Shown here in pieces: positions 1 to 10,058 of a stretch of 64,000 bases of DNA. The notes beneath the pieces were generated by a model. That model saw only the letters and a list, made by a program, of their open reading frames with translations. It did no database searches and had not been told where the DNA came from. The stretch is from Tubiluchus corallicola (Eukaryota > Animalia > Priapulida). How positions within the stretch are numbered: position 1 is the first letter of the stretch; every line of letters begins with the position of its first letter. The DNA lies in the NCBI GenBank assembly GCA_030141605.1, contig JAQGDQ010000440.1, positions 58,429-122,428 of the forward strand, given 5' to 3'. A program made the position numbers and the translations under genes.

Positions 1-936
1 TCCGCGTGACAAATCATTGATAGGCGCCGCCATGCCCTGAAGCACCGGACCTACAGCCTCAGCCCCAGCCAACCGCTGCACCAGCTTGTAACCTATATTG
101 CCGGCACCAAGATTGGGGAAAACAAGAACATTGGCCCTACCGGCCACATCACTATCCGGAGCTTTCAGCGCACCCACCTCAGGAACCAGAGCAGCATCAA
201 CCTGCATCTCCCCATCAATCAAAAGCGCAGGAGCCATACCCTTGGCTATACGAGTAGCCTCCTTGACCTTGTCAATAAGCTCGTGGCTGGCACTGTCCCT
301 CGTCGAAAAAGATAACATCGCAACACGAGGCTCAAGACCCACAATAGACCGAGCTGTATTTGCAGTAGTAACAGCAATCTCCGCAAGCTGATTAACATCG
401 GGAATAGGAACAGCTGCACAATCGGCAAAAACAACTATACCGTTATGCCCAAAACTCTTGTCCTTCAAAATCATAATATACGCCCCAGACACCAGACTGA
501 CCCCAGGTGATGTCCTCACAAACTGAAACGCAGGACGCAAAACATTACCCGTAGAGTTAACAGCCCCAGCAACCTCGCCGTCAGCATCACCGCTCTTAAC
601 CATCATGGGACCATAATATAGAGGATCATCAAGCAGATTTAACGCATCATCACGACTAAGACCCTTACCCTTGCGAATATCAACCATCAGGTCGGCATAA
701 CTCTCACGCATACCACAACTCTTGGGATCAACAATATCAACCCCCGTAAGACAAACACCCTCACGCCTAGCAATAGCCTCTATCTCCCCCGGAGAACCCA
801 ACAAAGTTATACGAGCAATTCCCTCCTTCAATATAACCTCTGTCGCTCTCAAAACCCTGACCTCCTCCCCTTCGGGAAGAACGATCATCCTGTCAAGACC
901 TCTTGCACTATCCTTTATCTTATCAAGTAGTTCCAT
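1..936 (-). CDS. pta: phosphate acetyltransferase, 3' end runs off the window (not in the ORF track)
   Basis: Manual translation from ATG at 936: MELLDKIKDSARGLDRMIVLPEGEE...FADCA...DGEMQVDAAL...GNIGYKLVQRL...PINDLSRG, which are Pta motifs. Confidence 0.95.
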   Translation of the reverse strand, partial: MELLDKIKDSARGLDRMIVLPEGEEVRVLRATEVILKEGIARITLLGSPGEIEAIARREGVCLTGVDIVDPKSCGMRESYADLMVDIRKGKGLSRDDALNLLDDPLYYGPMMVKSGDADGEVAGAVNSTGNVLRPAFQFVRTSPGVSLVSGAYIMILKDKSFGHNGIVVFADCAAVPIPDVNQLAEIAVTTANTARSIVGLEPRVAMLSFSTRDSASHELIDKVKEATRIAKGMAPALLIDGEMQVDAALVPEVGALKAPDSDVAGRANVLVFPNLGAGNIGYKLVQRLAGAEAVGPVLQGMAAPINDLSRG

Positions 937-1090
937 AACCCTGGTATATCGCAATCATTTTATATTAATACGACTTTTCGAATATAATTATCAATTATAC
1001 CACAAAAATAGCAAAATCGTTCCGTTTTACACATGGGATAAAATCATGTTTATGTAAAATTATTGCAAAAAATCGCTCGCTAAATAAAAT

Positions 1091-1221
1091 AAGGCCTTCC
1101 AAAGCGAAAAGAGCTGACTCAGACGGAAGAAAAACTCAACGATAAAACCACAACTTAATTGGCGTAAATGGAAATCTCAGCGAGAGTGTCAAATAATAAA
1201 AATGTGCTTAACAAAAACCTC
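1091..1221 (+). mobile_element. degenerate MITE-like repeat copy
   Basis: Aligns by eye to the 36127-36261 copy (aaggccttccaaagcgaaaag...aaaactc...gtaaatg...ataataaaaatgtgcttaacaaaaacctc). Confidence 0.6.
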
Positions 1222-1271
1222 AAGCTGTATAATGTTAAAACATCAAAAGCGTAGCTGGTTGGCAGGTAAGC

Positions 1272-1360
1272 AAAAAAAACCCTCGCTAATGCGAGGGTAC
1301 AGGCTATTTTACTAACCTTCGGCATAAAGCCTTATTGTGATAAGAACTCAAATTTAAAAA
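1272..1360 (-). ncRNA. tracrRNA of the type II-C system
   Basis: Minus strand reads AUUUGAGUU-CUU-AUCACAAU, which pairs with repeat GUUGUGGU..GACUCAAAU around a bulge. It is followed by a nexus-like AAGGCUUUAUGCCG and a terminal hairpin CCCUCGC-AUUA-GCGAGGG plus U8. Confidence 0.9.
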
Positions 1361-1401
1361 ACTGTTTCTCTCAAAACCGTTTTTTTCTTAGAAACTTACG
1401 T

Positions 1402-1435
1402 CAAATATACTACTTTTTTAAAAAAAAAACACAAA
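1402..1435 (-). promoter_or_regulatory. putative Bacteroidota sigma70 promoter for the tracrRNA
   Basis: TATATTTG (-7 element, 1409-1402) with TTTG 22 nt upstream; spacing is slightly longer than the usual 19-21. Confidence 0.5.
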
Positions 1436-1578
1436 AAATATGTAATTTTACTTTTAATAATCTTTTTTAAACTAATTTTTTTTAACTACACCTATATTAA
1501 CACATTCGCCTGGAAGGGCCACCTTACTACTAACGAACATACATTTACACACATAAGACAACTCAAACTATCTTCAAT

Positions 1579-4500
1579 ATGGGCACAAAAATTTTAGGAC
1601 TGGACTTAGGCACAAACAGTATCGGATGGGCTGTTATCGATAAAGAGAATGAAAAGATTTTAGATACAGGGGTACGAATATTTCCCGAAGGGCTGGAATT
1701 GAATAGCATCGGAAAAGGAGACAAAGAGCAGTCCAAGAACAAAACACGAAGGGATAATAGGCAGATGCGAAGGCAGTTTTACAGAAAGCGGCTACGCAAA
1801 ATAAAGCTTCTGGAGGCGCTTATAGACCAACAAATGTGCCCTCTTAAACATGACGAACTAAACAGTTGGAAAAAATGGGACAGGCAGGGCAAAGCTGAAG
1901 CCAGAAAATTCCCAAACTCCGAAAAGTTTGCCGAATGGATAAAACTCAACCCATACGACCTGAGGGAAAAAGCTATCACAGAGCAGGTATCCCATTTTGA
2001 ACTGGGAAGGATACTGTACCATATGATACAGAGGCGCGGGTTTCTGAGCAACAGAAAAGAAAAAAAGGACCCGGCATCCATGAAAATATTTACAACAGGA
2101 AACTCCGATGAAAACATCCTGCCGATAAGCAAGACCAAAGAAAAAATAGCAAACTCATCATTGGGCAGCTATCTGAAGAGTATCACCCCTGTCGACGGAG
2201 AACCATTCAGGCAGGTAACCGATGAAAACGGCAGCGACCTAAGGGCAAGGGGGCGATACACCTCCAGGGATATGTACATATCCGAATTTGAGAAAATATG
2301 GCAAACACAAAAAGCCTTCTCCGATATAGACAGGCGTAGTGTGGAGGCCCGAAAAGTGAGAGAGCTAAAAGGAGATATAAACGGAAGCAGAAATCGCAAA
2401 AAAATAGCACACCTATGGGAAAAATACGGAAACAGCAATGTTACCATTGGCGAAAAAGACTCAAAAGGAGTAACAAAAGTAACCACTCTCTCCCGTGTGC
2501 CGCTAAAGCAGTTCCTCGCAGGAAACATTAAGGAGGTGGAGAATGAAAACGGAGAAAAAATGCTTCAGTTCAAAAGCAACGAAAGCGTGCTCTTCTGGCA
2601 ACGCCCGCTACGATCACAAAAAGAGCTGCTCTCCAACTGCAAATATGAAAACCAGCTGCCGGTTATCAATGCCGACGGTAAATACCTGAAAAAATCAAAT
2701 GGGGATATACAGACACGAAGTAAAAAACCGTGTGCCCTGTCACACCCCGAATTTGAACTATTCAGAGCACACAAATTCATAAACAACATAAAGTACGGAA
2801 TAGAAAACAGACCCCTGAACAGGGAGCAGAAAACAGAGGTGCTTGCCCTGATAAACAGCAAAGCAGGAAACTTTAACTTCTCGGAAATACCAAAAAAACT
2901 AAGCCTGACTTACGAAAAATTCAACTACAATGATACGGACAAGGTGCCCGGAAGCACAACCATAAAACAGCTCAAACCACTCTTTGATACCCAGGTGTGG
3001 GAAAACAGCTACAAGGAGATATGGCACTGCTTCTACAACTACGAAGACAGCGATAAGCTGCTGGAAAAACTGCAAAAAGATTACGGCTTTAAAAAGGGGC
3101 TCGATACGGTAGAAAAGATTAACCTCAAGGATGGCTACTGCAACATATCCCTGAAAGCGATACGCAACATGCACCCTTTCCTTGAAAAAGGGTATATGGA
3201 AGACCGTGCAGCAATACTCGGAGGTGTAAAAAACGCCTTCGGCAAAAAATACCTGGACAAATTTAACAACCATGCCGACAGTATAGAGCGTGATATTATC
3301 GACATACTAAACGAAAAAAATGAGGATGGCGAAGCAATTGAAAAAATTAGAGCATATCTGTCGTCACCTATATACAGCTACGGATTCTCGGAAAACGACC
3401 CCCGATTCTCTCACCTCTATCACCACAGCCGGGATATAGAAACAGAAAAAACACTGAGCGAATGGGTGCCTGAGGTGGAAAACCTGAGAAACCCTGTTGT
3501 TCAGCAGGGGATAAATGAGACAAGGAGGCTGGTAAACTCTCTGATGAGAAAGTACCGAAAACAGTTTGGAAAAGAGTTCCGTTTCGACCTGATTAAAGTC
3601 GAAATGGGGAGAGACCTGCGCAACAATAAAAAAGGGAGGCAGGAAATGTATAGAAAAAACAGAGATAACGAAAAGAAAAACGACGAAGCGCGCGAGTGCC
3701 TTCGCAGCCACGGATTACAACCGCTCCGCTCAAACATCCATAAATTCCTGCTGTTTAAAGAGATAGAGGAAAAATCAGGAAAAGCAGCCTGCCCCTATAC
3801 AGGGAAAACCATATCCATAGCCCAGCTGCTCGGAGATCACAACCACAACGACAGTATACAGATAGAACACATAATACCGCGTAGCGTGTCGCTGGACGAC
3901 AGCTTTGGCAACAAAACACTCTGCGAAGCCAACTTCAACAGGGAAAAGGGAGAAAAAACACCCTGGCAGTTCTACTGTGAAAACAGCGACCCCAACCTCT
4001 GGAACGCATCATCATGGGAAGAGGTGAAAGAGCGAGCCTTCAGCCTGCTGCCATACCCCAAAGCAAAGCGCTTTACCTCAAAAAAAGAGCTTGAATCATC
4101 ATCTTTTATCGAGAGACAGCTAAACGACAGCAGATATATTGCAAGAAAGTCTGTAGAGCTACTCTCCCATATATGCGATGATGTAAGAGTGATGCCAGGA
4201 CGACTAACAGCCGAGCTGCGACACCTGTGGGGGCTAAACAGTATACTTCAGCCTGTAAAAAACATAGATAAGCACAGCTTTGACTTTAACAATGACAATG
4301 CCATATCATGCTACTCAGTTGTCAACAAGGAGGATGAGGTGCTGTCTGTACACCCCAAAACAAACCCCCGCCCGGAAACATCCGATAGCGAGATACTCAT
4401 ACCGGGCAGGATATCGAAAAACAGGTTCTCATCAAAACTCTATAAAGTGGAGCTTCAGACACCCGACCTGAAGGACGGAAACTACTGGGCTAAATTTAAA

Positions 4501-6234
4501 GTATCGGGCACGGCAGGGCTGGTTCCCATGTTTAATAAAAAACCCCAGATTGATGAAAAGAGCATTGTCCTCAAAGGCAGTGTTGACAATGAAAAATTTA
4601 AAAGCGACACAATAAAGAATGTAGAAGCAACAGAGCCGGAGGGCAAGTACTGGGCAAGGTTTGAGATCGAAGATAAAAAATTTGAAGAGCCGCAAAAAAG
4701 CAAACAGCCCAGATTCAGCAAAAAAAACCAGATTCTGCTATACGGTACAGTAACCGGGGGTGAGTTCAAAAGCTACATCTACAGATGCAGCACCAACCTT
4801 CCCGATGGCAACTACTGGATAGTACTGACCCTCAACACAGAAAACACAAAGTTTACCCGCATACTAAATGATGCTCCCGAAATAAATGGCAACCAACTGC
4901 TAATCACAGCCACGGTAGACGACTCGGGAGAGCTAAGCGCCGATGAAGACAAGGGCTTCAACATGGAAACATCTGAAGAGTCAGGAAAATACTACGCAAC
5001 ACTGAATATTGAGTCGGCAACGCCCGATCTGCACAAAATGGATAACCCCCCTCCCGAGACGGGCAAAGGGGAAAGAGTTGTAGAGGGAAACATCTGGGCA
5101 GACAGTGACACCGGAGATATCAAATTCGACCCCGTAAAAAACAGGGAAGATCACCGCCACCACGCTATAGATGCAATCACTATAGCACTTACAGAGCGGG
5201 GATTTCTACAACGCCTGAGCACAGAAAACGCCAGAAGAGAGGAGAAAAAACGGGGTAACTTCACAAACAGCACAGAAAAGTACCCCGAACCGTGGCAGGG
5301 GTTTGTGTCGGATGCCAAAAATGCTGTAGAGACCATCCTGACATCTCATAAAAAGAGCTATAAAGGGATCACAAAAAACAGAAAAGGGTACAGCGTGCGA
5401 GGGCCGCTGCACAAAGATACTGTGTATGGCAAAAGGCAGGCTCCCGGCCAGGAAGAAGGCTTTCACCAAAGAGTGAAAATCACCAGCTTGGAAAACAATA
5501 AGCATATAGGTAAAATCGTAGACAAAACCATTCAGAAACTGGTTAGAGACCACCTGCAAGACAAGCTCGGTATCGATGTTGCCAACCCCAAAGGGTTCAA
5601 AATACCCAAAGATGCATTCTTTAAAGATGGAAAGTGGAGGCTCTCCCTCTGCAATAAAAAAGGTGGAGAGAGAGTACCCATAAAGAAGGTGCGCATAAAG
5701 AAAACTATAGGCAATGCAGTTAAGCTAAAATCCGATATAAACCAACACGTTAATCCTCAAAATAACCACCACACACTTATCTATAAAGATAGTGAGGGGA
5801 ACCTGCATGAGGATGTAGTGCTGTTCTGGACAGCAGTGGAAAGAAAGCTCCAAAAAATGCCGGTGTACCAGATGCCCCGGAAAGGTAAAGAGATCGTTAC
5901 AGTTATGGAGATCAACGATATGTTCCTGCTGGGCATATCAGATGAGGAGTTTGAAGCAAACAGGCACAACTATAGATACCTGAGCAAACACCTCTACAGG
6001 GTTCAGAAGTGCTCATCCGGCAACTATAATTTCAGGCACCATCTGGCTTCAACCATCAACAACGATGAACAGCTGGTGCGTATAAGTAGCTTTAAAAGCT
6101 GGGAAAAGGTAAACCCTATCAAAGTAAAAGTAAATGAGCTTGGAGAGATTGTAGAGGCACAGCACAAAGAATGCGGTCAGAGGCGGGTATACTCTGCACA
6201 CCCTCCATCCAAAAAAACCGTCAGCACCATGTAG
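1579..6234 (+). CDS. cas9: type II-C Cas9 (1551 aa) with a large repeat insertion in RuvC-III
   Basis: GLDLGTNSIG (RuvC-I), Arg-rich bridge helix, LRNPVV..VEMGRD (RuvC-II), CPYTG..IEHIIPRS..NKTLC..N..KG (HNH), RQLNDSRY, DHRHHAIDA (RuvC-III); followed by cas1-cas2 with no csn2 or cas4. Confidence 0.98.
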   Translation: MGTKILGLDLGTNSIGWAVIDKENEKILDTGVRIFPEGLELNSIGKGDKEQSKNKTRRDNRQMRRQFYRKRLRKIKLLEALIDQQMCPLKHDELNSWKKWDRQGKAEARKFPNSEKFAEWIKLNPYDLREKAITEQVSHFELGRILYHMIQRRGFLSNRKEKKDPASMKIFTTGNSDENILPISKTKEKIANSSLGSYLKSITPVDGEPFRQVTDENGSDLRARGRYTSRDMYISEFEKIWQTQKAFSDIDRRSVEARKVRELKGDINGSRNRKKIAHLWEKYGNSNVTIGEKDSKGVTKVTTLSRVPLKQFLAGNIKEVENENGEKMLQFKSNESVLFWQRPLRSQKELLSNCKYENQLPVINADGKYLKKSNGDIQTRSKKPCALSHPEFELFRAHKFINNIKYGIENRPLNREQKTEVLALINSKAGNFNFSEIPKKLSLTYEKFNYNDTDKVPGSTTIKQLKPLFDTQVWENSYKEIWHCFYNYEDSDKLLEKLQKDYGFKKGLDTVEKINLKDGYCNISLKAIRNMHPFLEKGYMEDRAAILGGVKNAFGKKYLDKFNNHADSIERDIIDILNEKNEDGEAIEKIRAYLSSPIYSYGFSENDPRFSHLYHHSRDIETEKTLSEWVPEVENLRNPVVQQGINETRRLVNSLMRKYRKQFGKEFRFDLIKVEMGRDLRNNKKGRQEMYRKNRDNEKKNDEARECLRSHGLQPLRSNIHKFLLFKEIEEKSGKAACPYTGKTISIAQLLGDHNHNDSIQIEHIIPRSVSLDDSFGNKTLCEANFNREKGEKTPWQFYCENSDPNLWNASSWEEVKERAFSLLPYPKAKRFTSKKELESSSFIERQLNDSRYIARKSVELLSHICDDVRVMPGRLTAELRHLWGLNSILQPVKNIDKHSFDFNNDNAISCYSVVNKEDEVLSVHPKTNPRPETSDSEILIPGRISKNRFSSKLYKVELQTPDLKDGNYWAKFKVSGTAGLVPMFNKKPQIDEKSIVLKGSVDNEKFKSDTIKNVEATEPEGKYWARFEIEDKKFEEPQKSKQPRFSKKNQILLYGTVTGGEFKSYIYRCSTNLPDGNYWIVLTLNTENTKFTRILNDAPEINGNQLLITATVDDSGELSADEDKGFNMETSEESGKYYATLNIESATPDLHKMDNPPPETGKGERVVEGNIWADSDTGDIKFDPVKNREDHRHHAIDAITIALTERGFLQRLSTENARREEKKRGNFTNSTEKYPEPWQGFVSDAKNAVETILTSHKKSYKGITKNRKGYSVRGPLHKDTVYGKRQAPGQEEGFHQRVKITSLENNKHIGKIVDKTIQKLVRDHLQDKLGIDVANPKGFKIPKDAFFKDGKWRLSLCNKKGGERVPIKKVRIKKTIGNAVKLKSDINQHVNPQNNHHTLIYKDSEGNLHEDVVLFWTAVERKLQKMPVYQMPRKGKEIVTVMEINDMFLLGISDEEFEANRHNYRYLSKHLYRVQKCSSGNYNFRHHLASTINNDEQLVRISSFKSWEKVNPIKVKVNELGEIVEAQHKECGQRRVYSAHPPSKKTVSTM

Positions 6235-6279
6235 CTGCAACCAACTGTAAAACCCTTAAAACGGAGCTCCGGCCGGATT

Positions 6280-7173
6280 ATGCTTAAACGCACCATTTTC
6301 ATCACAAACCCCGCATATATCAGCACCCGCAATGAGCAGCTGATTATACGGCTCGACAAGCACAAAACAGAGGCTACCATACCTATTGAGGATATAGGCT
6401 TTGTGGTGATGGAGCACCCGCAAACCACCATAACCCTGCCCGCTGCGCAAAAGCTGAATGCAAACAATGTGGCGGTGGTGCTGTGCGATGAAAAACGCCA
6501 CCCCAATGCAATGCTGCTAAACCTCGACGGGCACCACCTGCAGGGAGAGCTATTCAGGCAGCAGATAGCAGCATCCCTGCCCCTGAAAAAACAGCTGTGG
6601 CAACAAACAGTCAGACAGAAGATAAAAAACCAGGCCGGCACGCTCACATCTCTAAACAAAAGTGCCGGGGCGCTACCCTCTTACGCTGCCGGGGTAAAAA
6701 GCGGAGACAGCTCCAACAGGGAGGGGGCTGCAGCAGGAGAGTACTGGAAACGGCTGTTTGGCAATGGGTTTACACGCGACAGATACGGCAGCAACCCAAA
6801 CCCGTTCCTAAACTACGGATACGCCATACTCAGGGCAGCGGTGGCAAGGGCGCTAACAGGCTCAGGACTGCTCCCAACACTCGGCATACACCACCACAAC
6901 AGGTACAACGCATTCTGCCTCGCAGATGATATAATGGAGCCATACCGCCCATTTGTAGACATAGCCGTACACAACCTCTGGAAACCACACCAGAACAGCA
7001 AACAGACCCTCGACAAGCAGATAAAAAAACATCTGCTGCAACTCCTGTCTACAGATGTGGAGATCGGCAATATAAAACGGCCGCTTATGATAGCCCTCTC
7101 CTCTACAACAGCGTCGCTGGCACGCTGCTTCGACGGTAAAGCAAAACAGATAACATACCCCGCAATAAACTAA
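6280..7173 (+). CDS. cas1: type II CRISPR-associated endonuclease Cas1
   Basis: IPIEDIG, N.EG.AA..YW, LNYGYAILRA, GIHHHNRYNAFCLADDIMEPYRP. Confidence 0.97.
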   Translation: MLKRTIFITNPAYISTRNEQLIIRLDKHKTEATIPIEDIGFVVMEHPQTTITLPAAQKLNANNVAVVLCDEKRHPNAMLLNLDGHHLQGELFRQQIAASLPLKKQLWQQTVRQKIKNQAGTLTSLNKSAGALPSYAAGVKSGDSSNREGAAAGEYWKRLFGNGFTRDRYGSNPNPFLNYGYAILRAAVARALTGSGLLPTLGIHHHNRYNAFCLADDIMEPYRPFVDIAVHNLWKPHQNSKQTLDKQIKKHLLQLLSTDVEIGNIKRPLMIALSSTTASLARCFDGKAKQITYPAIN

Positions 7174-7186
7174 CATCCCGCCCGGC

Positions 7187-7528
7187 ATGAACTCTTACAA
7201 ACGACTAAACGCATATCACATCATGTGGCTATTTGTACTCTTCGACCTACCAACCACCACCACAAAAGAGCGAAAAGACGCAGCACGGTTCCGCAAAGGC
7301 CTTATACAGGACGGGTTCACCATGATGCAGTTCTCCGTATACACACGCCACTGCGCCAGCAAAGAAAGCAGCGAAATACACATAAAACGTGTAAAGTCGA
7401 TAATACCGGAAAGAGGGAAAATAAGCATACTGTCTATCACCGACAAACAGTACGGCAACATTGTAAACTACTGGGGTGCCAAATCAAAAAAACTGCCCGA
7501 AACACCAAGGCAACTCGAGCTGTTCTGA
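7187..7528 (+). CDS. cas2: CRISPR-associated Cas2
   Basis: MWLFVLFDLPT...FRK.LI.DGF.M.QFSVY.R...ITDKQY...QLELF. Confidence 0.97.
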   Translation: MNSYKRLNAYHIMWLFVLFDLPTTTTKERKDAARFRKGLIQDGFTMMQFSVYTRHCASKESSEIHIKRVKSIIPERGKISILSITDKQYGNIVNYWGAKSKKLPETPRQLELF

Positions 7529-7829
7529 CCACAAACAGAAAAGAGAATGAAAAACCTTCTACACCCCCCCAAGCACACCGACACACACCGAAAAAAACCG
7601 GTGAAAACTTTCAGGCCGCTCACGTAAACAGTGATTTACAAAAAGGGGTTCGCAAAAACCTCAGTACGCTGCCCCTTTTCTATTAAAAATTGCTACATTT
7701 ACCCTCCGTTCCTTGACACTAAGGATAGCAAAACTGTAATAAAATCGGATCAGACCGCTTCTGTGTTACCATTTTTCTATAAACAAAATGCAGCACAAGC
7801 CCCGTAGATAGAGGGGTAACTAGCGCGCA
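7529..7829 (+). promoter_or_regulatory. probable CRISPR leader
   Basis: Non-coding stretch between cas2 and the first perfect repeat; degeneration is seen at the opposite end of the array. Confidence 0.55.
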
Positions 7830-9975
7830 GTTGTGGTTTGACTCAAATAAAAGATAAGATATACCAGCACAGCCAAAAATATACCGTGCCAAAATGTTGT
7901 GGTTTGACTCAAATAAAAGATAAGATATACCATAATAATTATACTGGCACATTTGATATTAGTTGTGGTTTGACTCAAATAAAAGATAAGATATACCAAC
8001 GAATTTGAAAGGCAAGTAACTAATAATGTTGTGGTTTGACTCAAATAAAAGATAAGATATACCTAAAACTGCTGCCACCTGTGTAAGCTCAAGTTGTGGT
8101 TTGACTCAAATAAAAGATAAGATATACCAGTTGGCGACGGCGCAACACCTTCTAACCCGTTGTGGTTTGACTCAAATAAAAGATAAGATATACCCCCCAT
8201 TCCGAGTTCCAAAAAATTATGACTGTTGTGGTTTGACTCAAATAAAAGATAAGATATACCAAACAGCACCCAGAGTAATAGCCATAGAGAGTTGTGGTTT
8301 GACTCAAATAAAAGATAAGATATACCCCCGAAGTTATTCAAGATATTTTACAAGTTGTTGTGGTTTGACTCAAATAAAAGATAAGATATACCGTTTGGGG
8401 ATATAGGCAGAGCGACGGCGTCGTTGTGGTTTGACTCAAATAAAAGATAAGATATACCTATTATCATTACGAATATTTATAATTTCGTGTTGTGGTTTGA
8501 CTCAAATAAAAGATAAGATATACCTAAATTTTTATATGAAGTTAAACAAGAGCTGTTGTGGTTTGACTCAAATAAAAGATAAGATATACCGATTATTCTG
8601 CGCGGGGACGGGAATGCCCTGTTGTGGTTTGACTCAAATAAAAGATAAGATATACCTAATAATGAACGTTATAATGTTGATTGTTTGTTGTGGTTTGACT
8701 CAAATAAAAGATAAGATATACCTTTAGAAATTGCGAAGCAACAGGCTGAAATGTTGTGGTTTGACTCAAATAAAAGATAAGATATACCATTGAGTTCCGA
8801 ATTGTCGTCCGAATTGTTGTTGTGGTTTGACTCAAATAAAAGATAAGATATACCAGAACTTAAAGAAGCAATGAAGTCAATTGAGTTGTGGTTTGACTCA
8901 AATAAAAGATAAGATATACCGCTGAAATTTACGGCAATGCTGAAATTTACGTTGTGGTTTGACTCAAATAAAAGATAAGATATACCTTAAATATTCTGCA
9001 AAATGTTCATCAATTTGTTGTGGTTTGACTCAAATAAAAGATAAGATATACCTCAGGACAATACAGGGAGCTTAAGTTTTCAGTTGTGGTTTGACTCAAA
9101 TAAAAGATAAGATATACCAATGATTCTATCATTACAACAAATGCTGCGGTTGTGGTTTGACTCAAATAAAAGATAAGATATACCATGGGGTAGATATGGA
9201 GATGGCGGAAGAATGTTGTGGTTTGACTCAAATAAAAGATAAGATATACCTGGCGCACCCGAATTATATGCATTAATTATGTTGTGGTTTGACTCAAATA
9301 AAAGATAAGATATACCGGATGTATCATGGATAGATGAAAGAGGTATGTTGTGGTTTGACTCAAATAAAAGATAAGATATACCCCCCATTCCGAGTTCCAA
9401 AAAATTATGACTGTTGTGGTTTGACTCAAATAAAAGATAAGATATACCGAAAAATGATAACGGGCACATGATGCGATAGTTGTGGTTTGACTCAAATAAA
9501 AGATAAGATATACCATAGTTTTTGTTGATTATTATGCTCGGGGAGTTGTGGTTTGACTCAAATAAAAGATAAGATATACCGAAAGATATAGAAAAATATT
9601 CGAACAGCAGTTGTGGTTTGACTCAAATAAAAGATAAGATATACCAGATAGCACCAATAGTTGTATCGGGTTCTGGTTGTGGTTTGACTCAAATAAAAGA
9701 TAAGATATACCGGCAAAAACACCCCGCCCGATTGCACTACCGTTGTGGTTTGACTCAAATAAAAGATAAGATATACCTATTTTCCGTCACAACGTATTTG
9801 GCATTTGGTTGTGGTTTGACTCAAATAAAAGATAAGATATACCTTTTGTAGGGGTAAAATTGTAAAATCTGATGTTGTGGTTTGACTCAAATAAAAGATA
9901 AGATATACCTTTTGTTAAAACTTAACGTTGGGTTAATATGTTGTGGTTTGACTCAAATAAAAGATAAGATATACC
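7830..9975 (+). CRISPR. CRISPR array: 33 identical 36-bp repeats GTTGTGGTTTGACTCAAATAAAAGATAAGATATACC and 32 spacers (30 bp; two are 29 bp)
   Basis: 66-bp period read directly; + orientation inferred from complementarity to the tracrRNA anti-repeat. Confidence 0.98.
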
Positions 9976-9994
9976 GGCGTGTAACAAGGTGTAA

Positions 9995-10012
9995 GTTGTG
10001 GTTTACCAAAGC
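9995..10012 (+). repeat. truncated, degenerate terminal CRISPR repeat after a 19-nt spacer
   Basis: gttgtggttt-ac-caaagc follows ggcgtgtaacaaggtgtaa (9976-9994). Confidence 0.75.
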
Positions 10013-10058
10013 AATGTTTATTGGGCTCTATCTATTGCTTCGCTTCACCCTGTTTTTT

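Noticed and set aside
98-1057. Track ORFs 98-391, 246-434 and 722-1057
   Set aside because: They are shadow frames of pta on the minus strand
1145-1154. AAACCACAAC, a perfect 10-nt complement of the repeat start, as a second anti-repeat
   Set aside because: It lies inside a MITE copy, another copy has the similar aaaccacatc (about 35922), and it has no nexus or terminator context
6166-6279. Small accessory gene between cas9 and cas1 (PcrIIC1-like)
   Set aside because: Only 45 bp separate the two genes; the extra sequence is just a short Cas9 C-terminal tail
9976-9994. Short last spacer resembling tgtaacaggtgtta in the adjacent channel gene (about 10203), as self-targeting
   Set aside because: The match is short and gapped, within chance expectation
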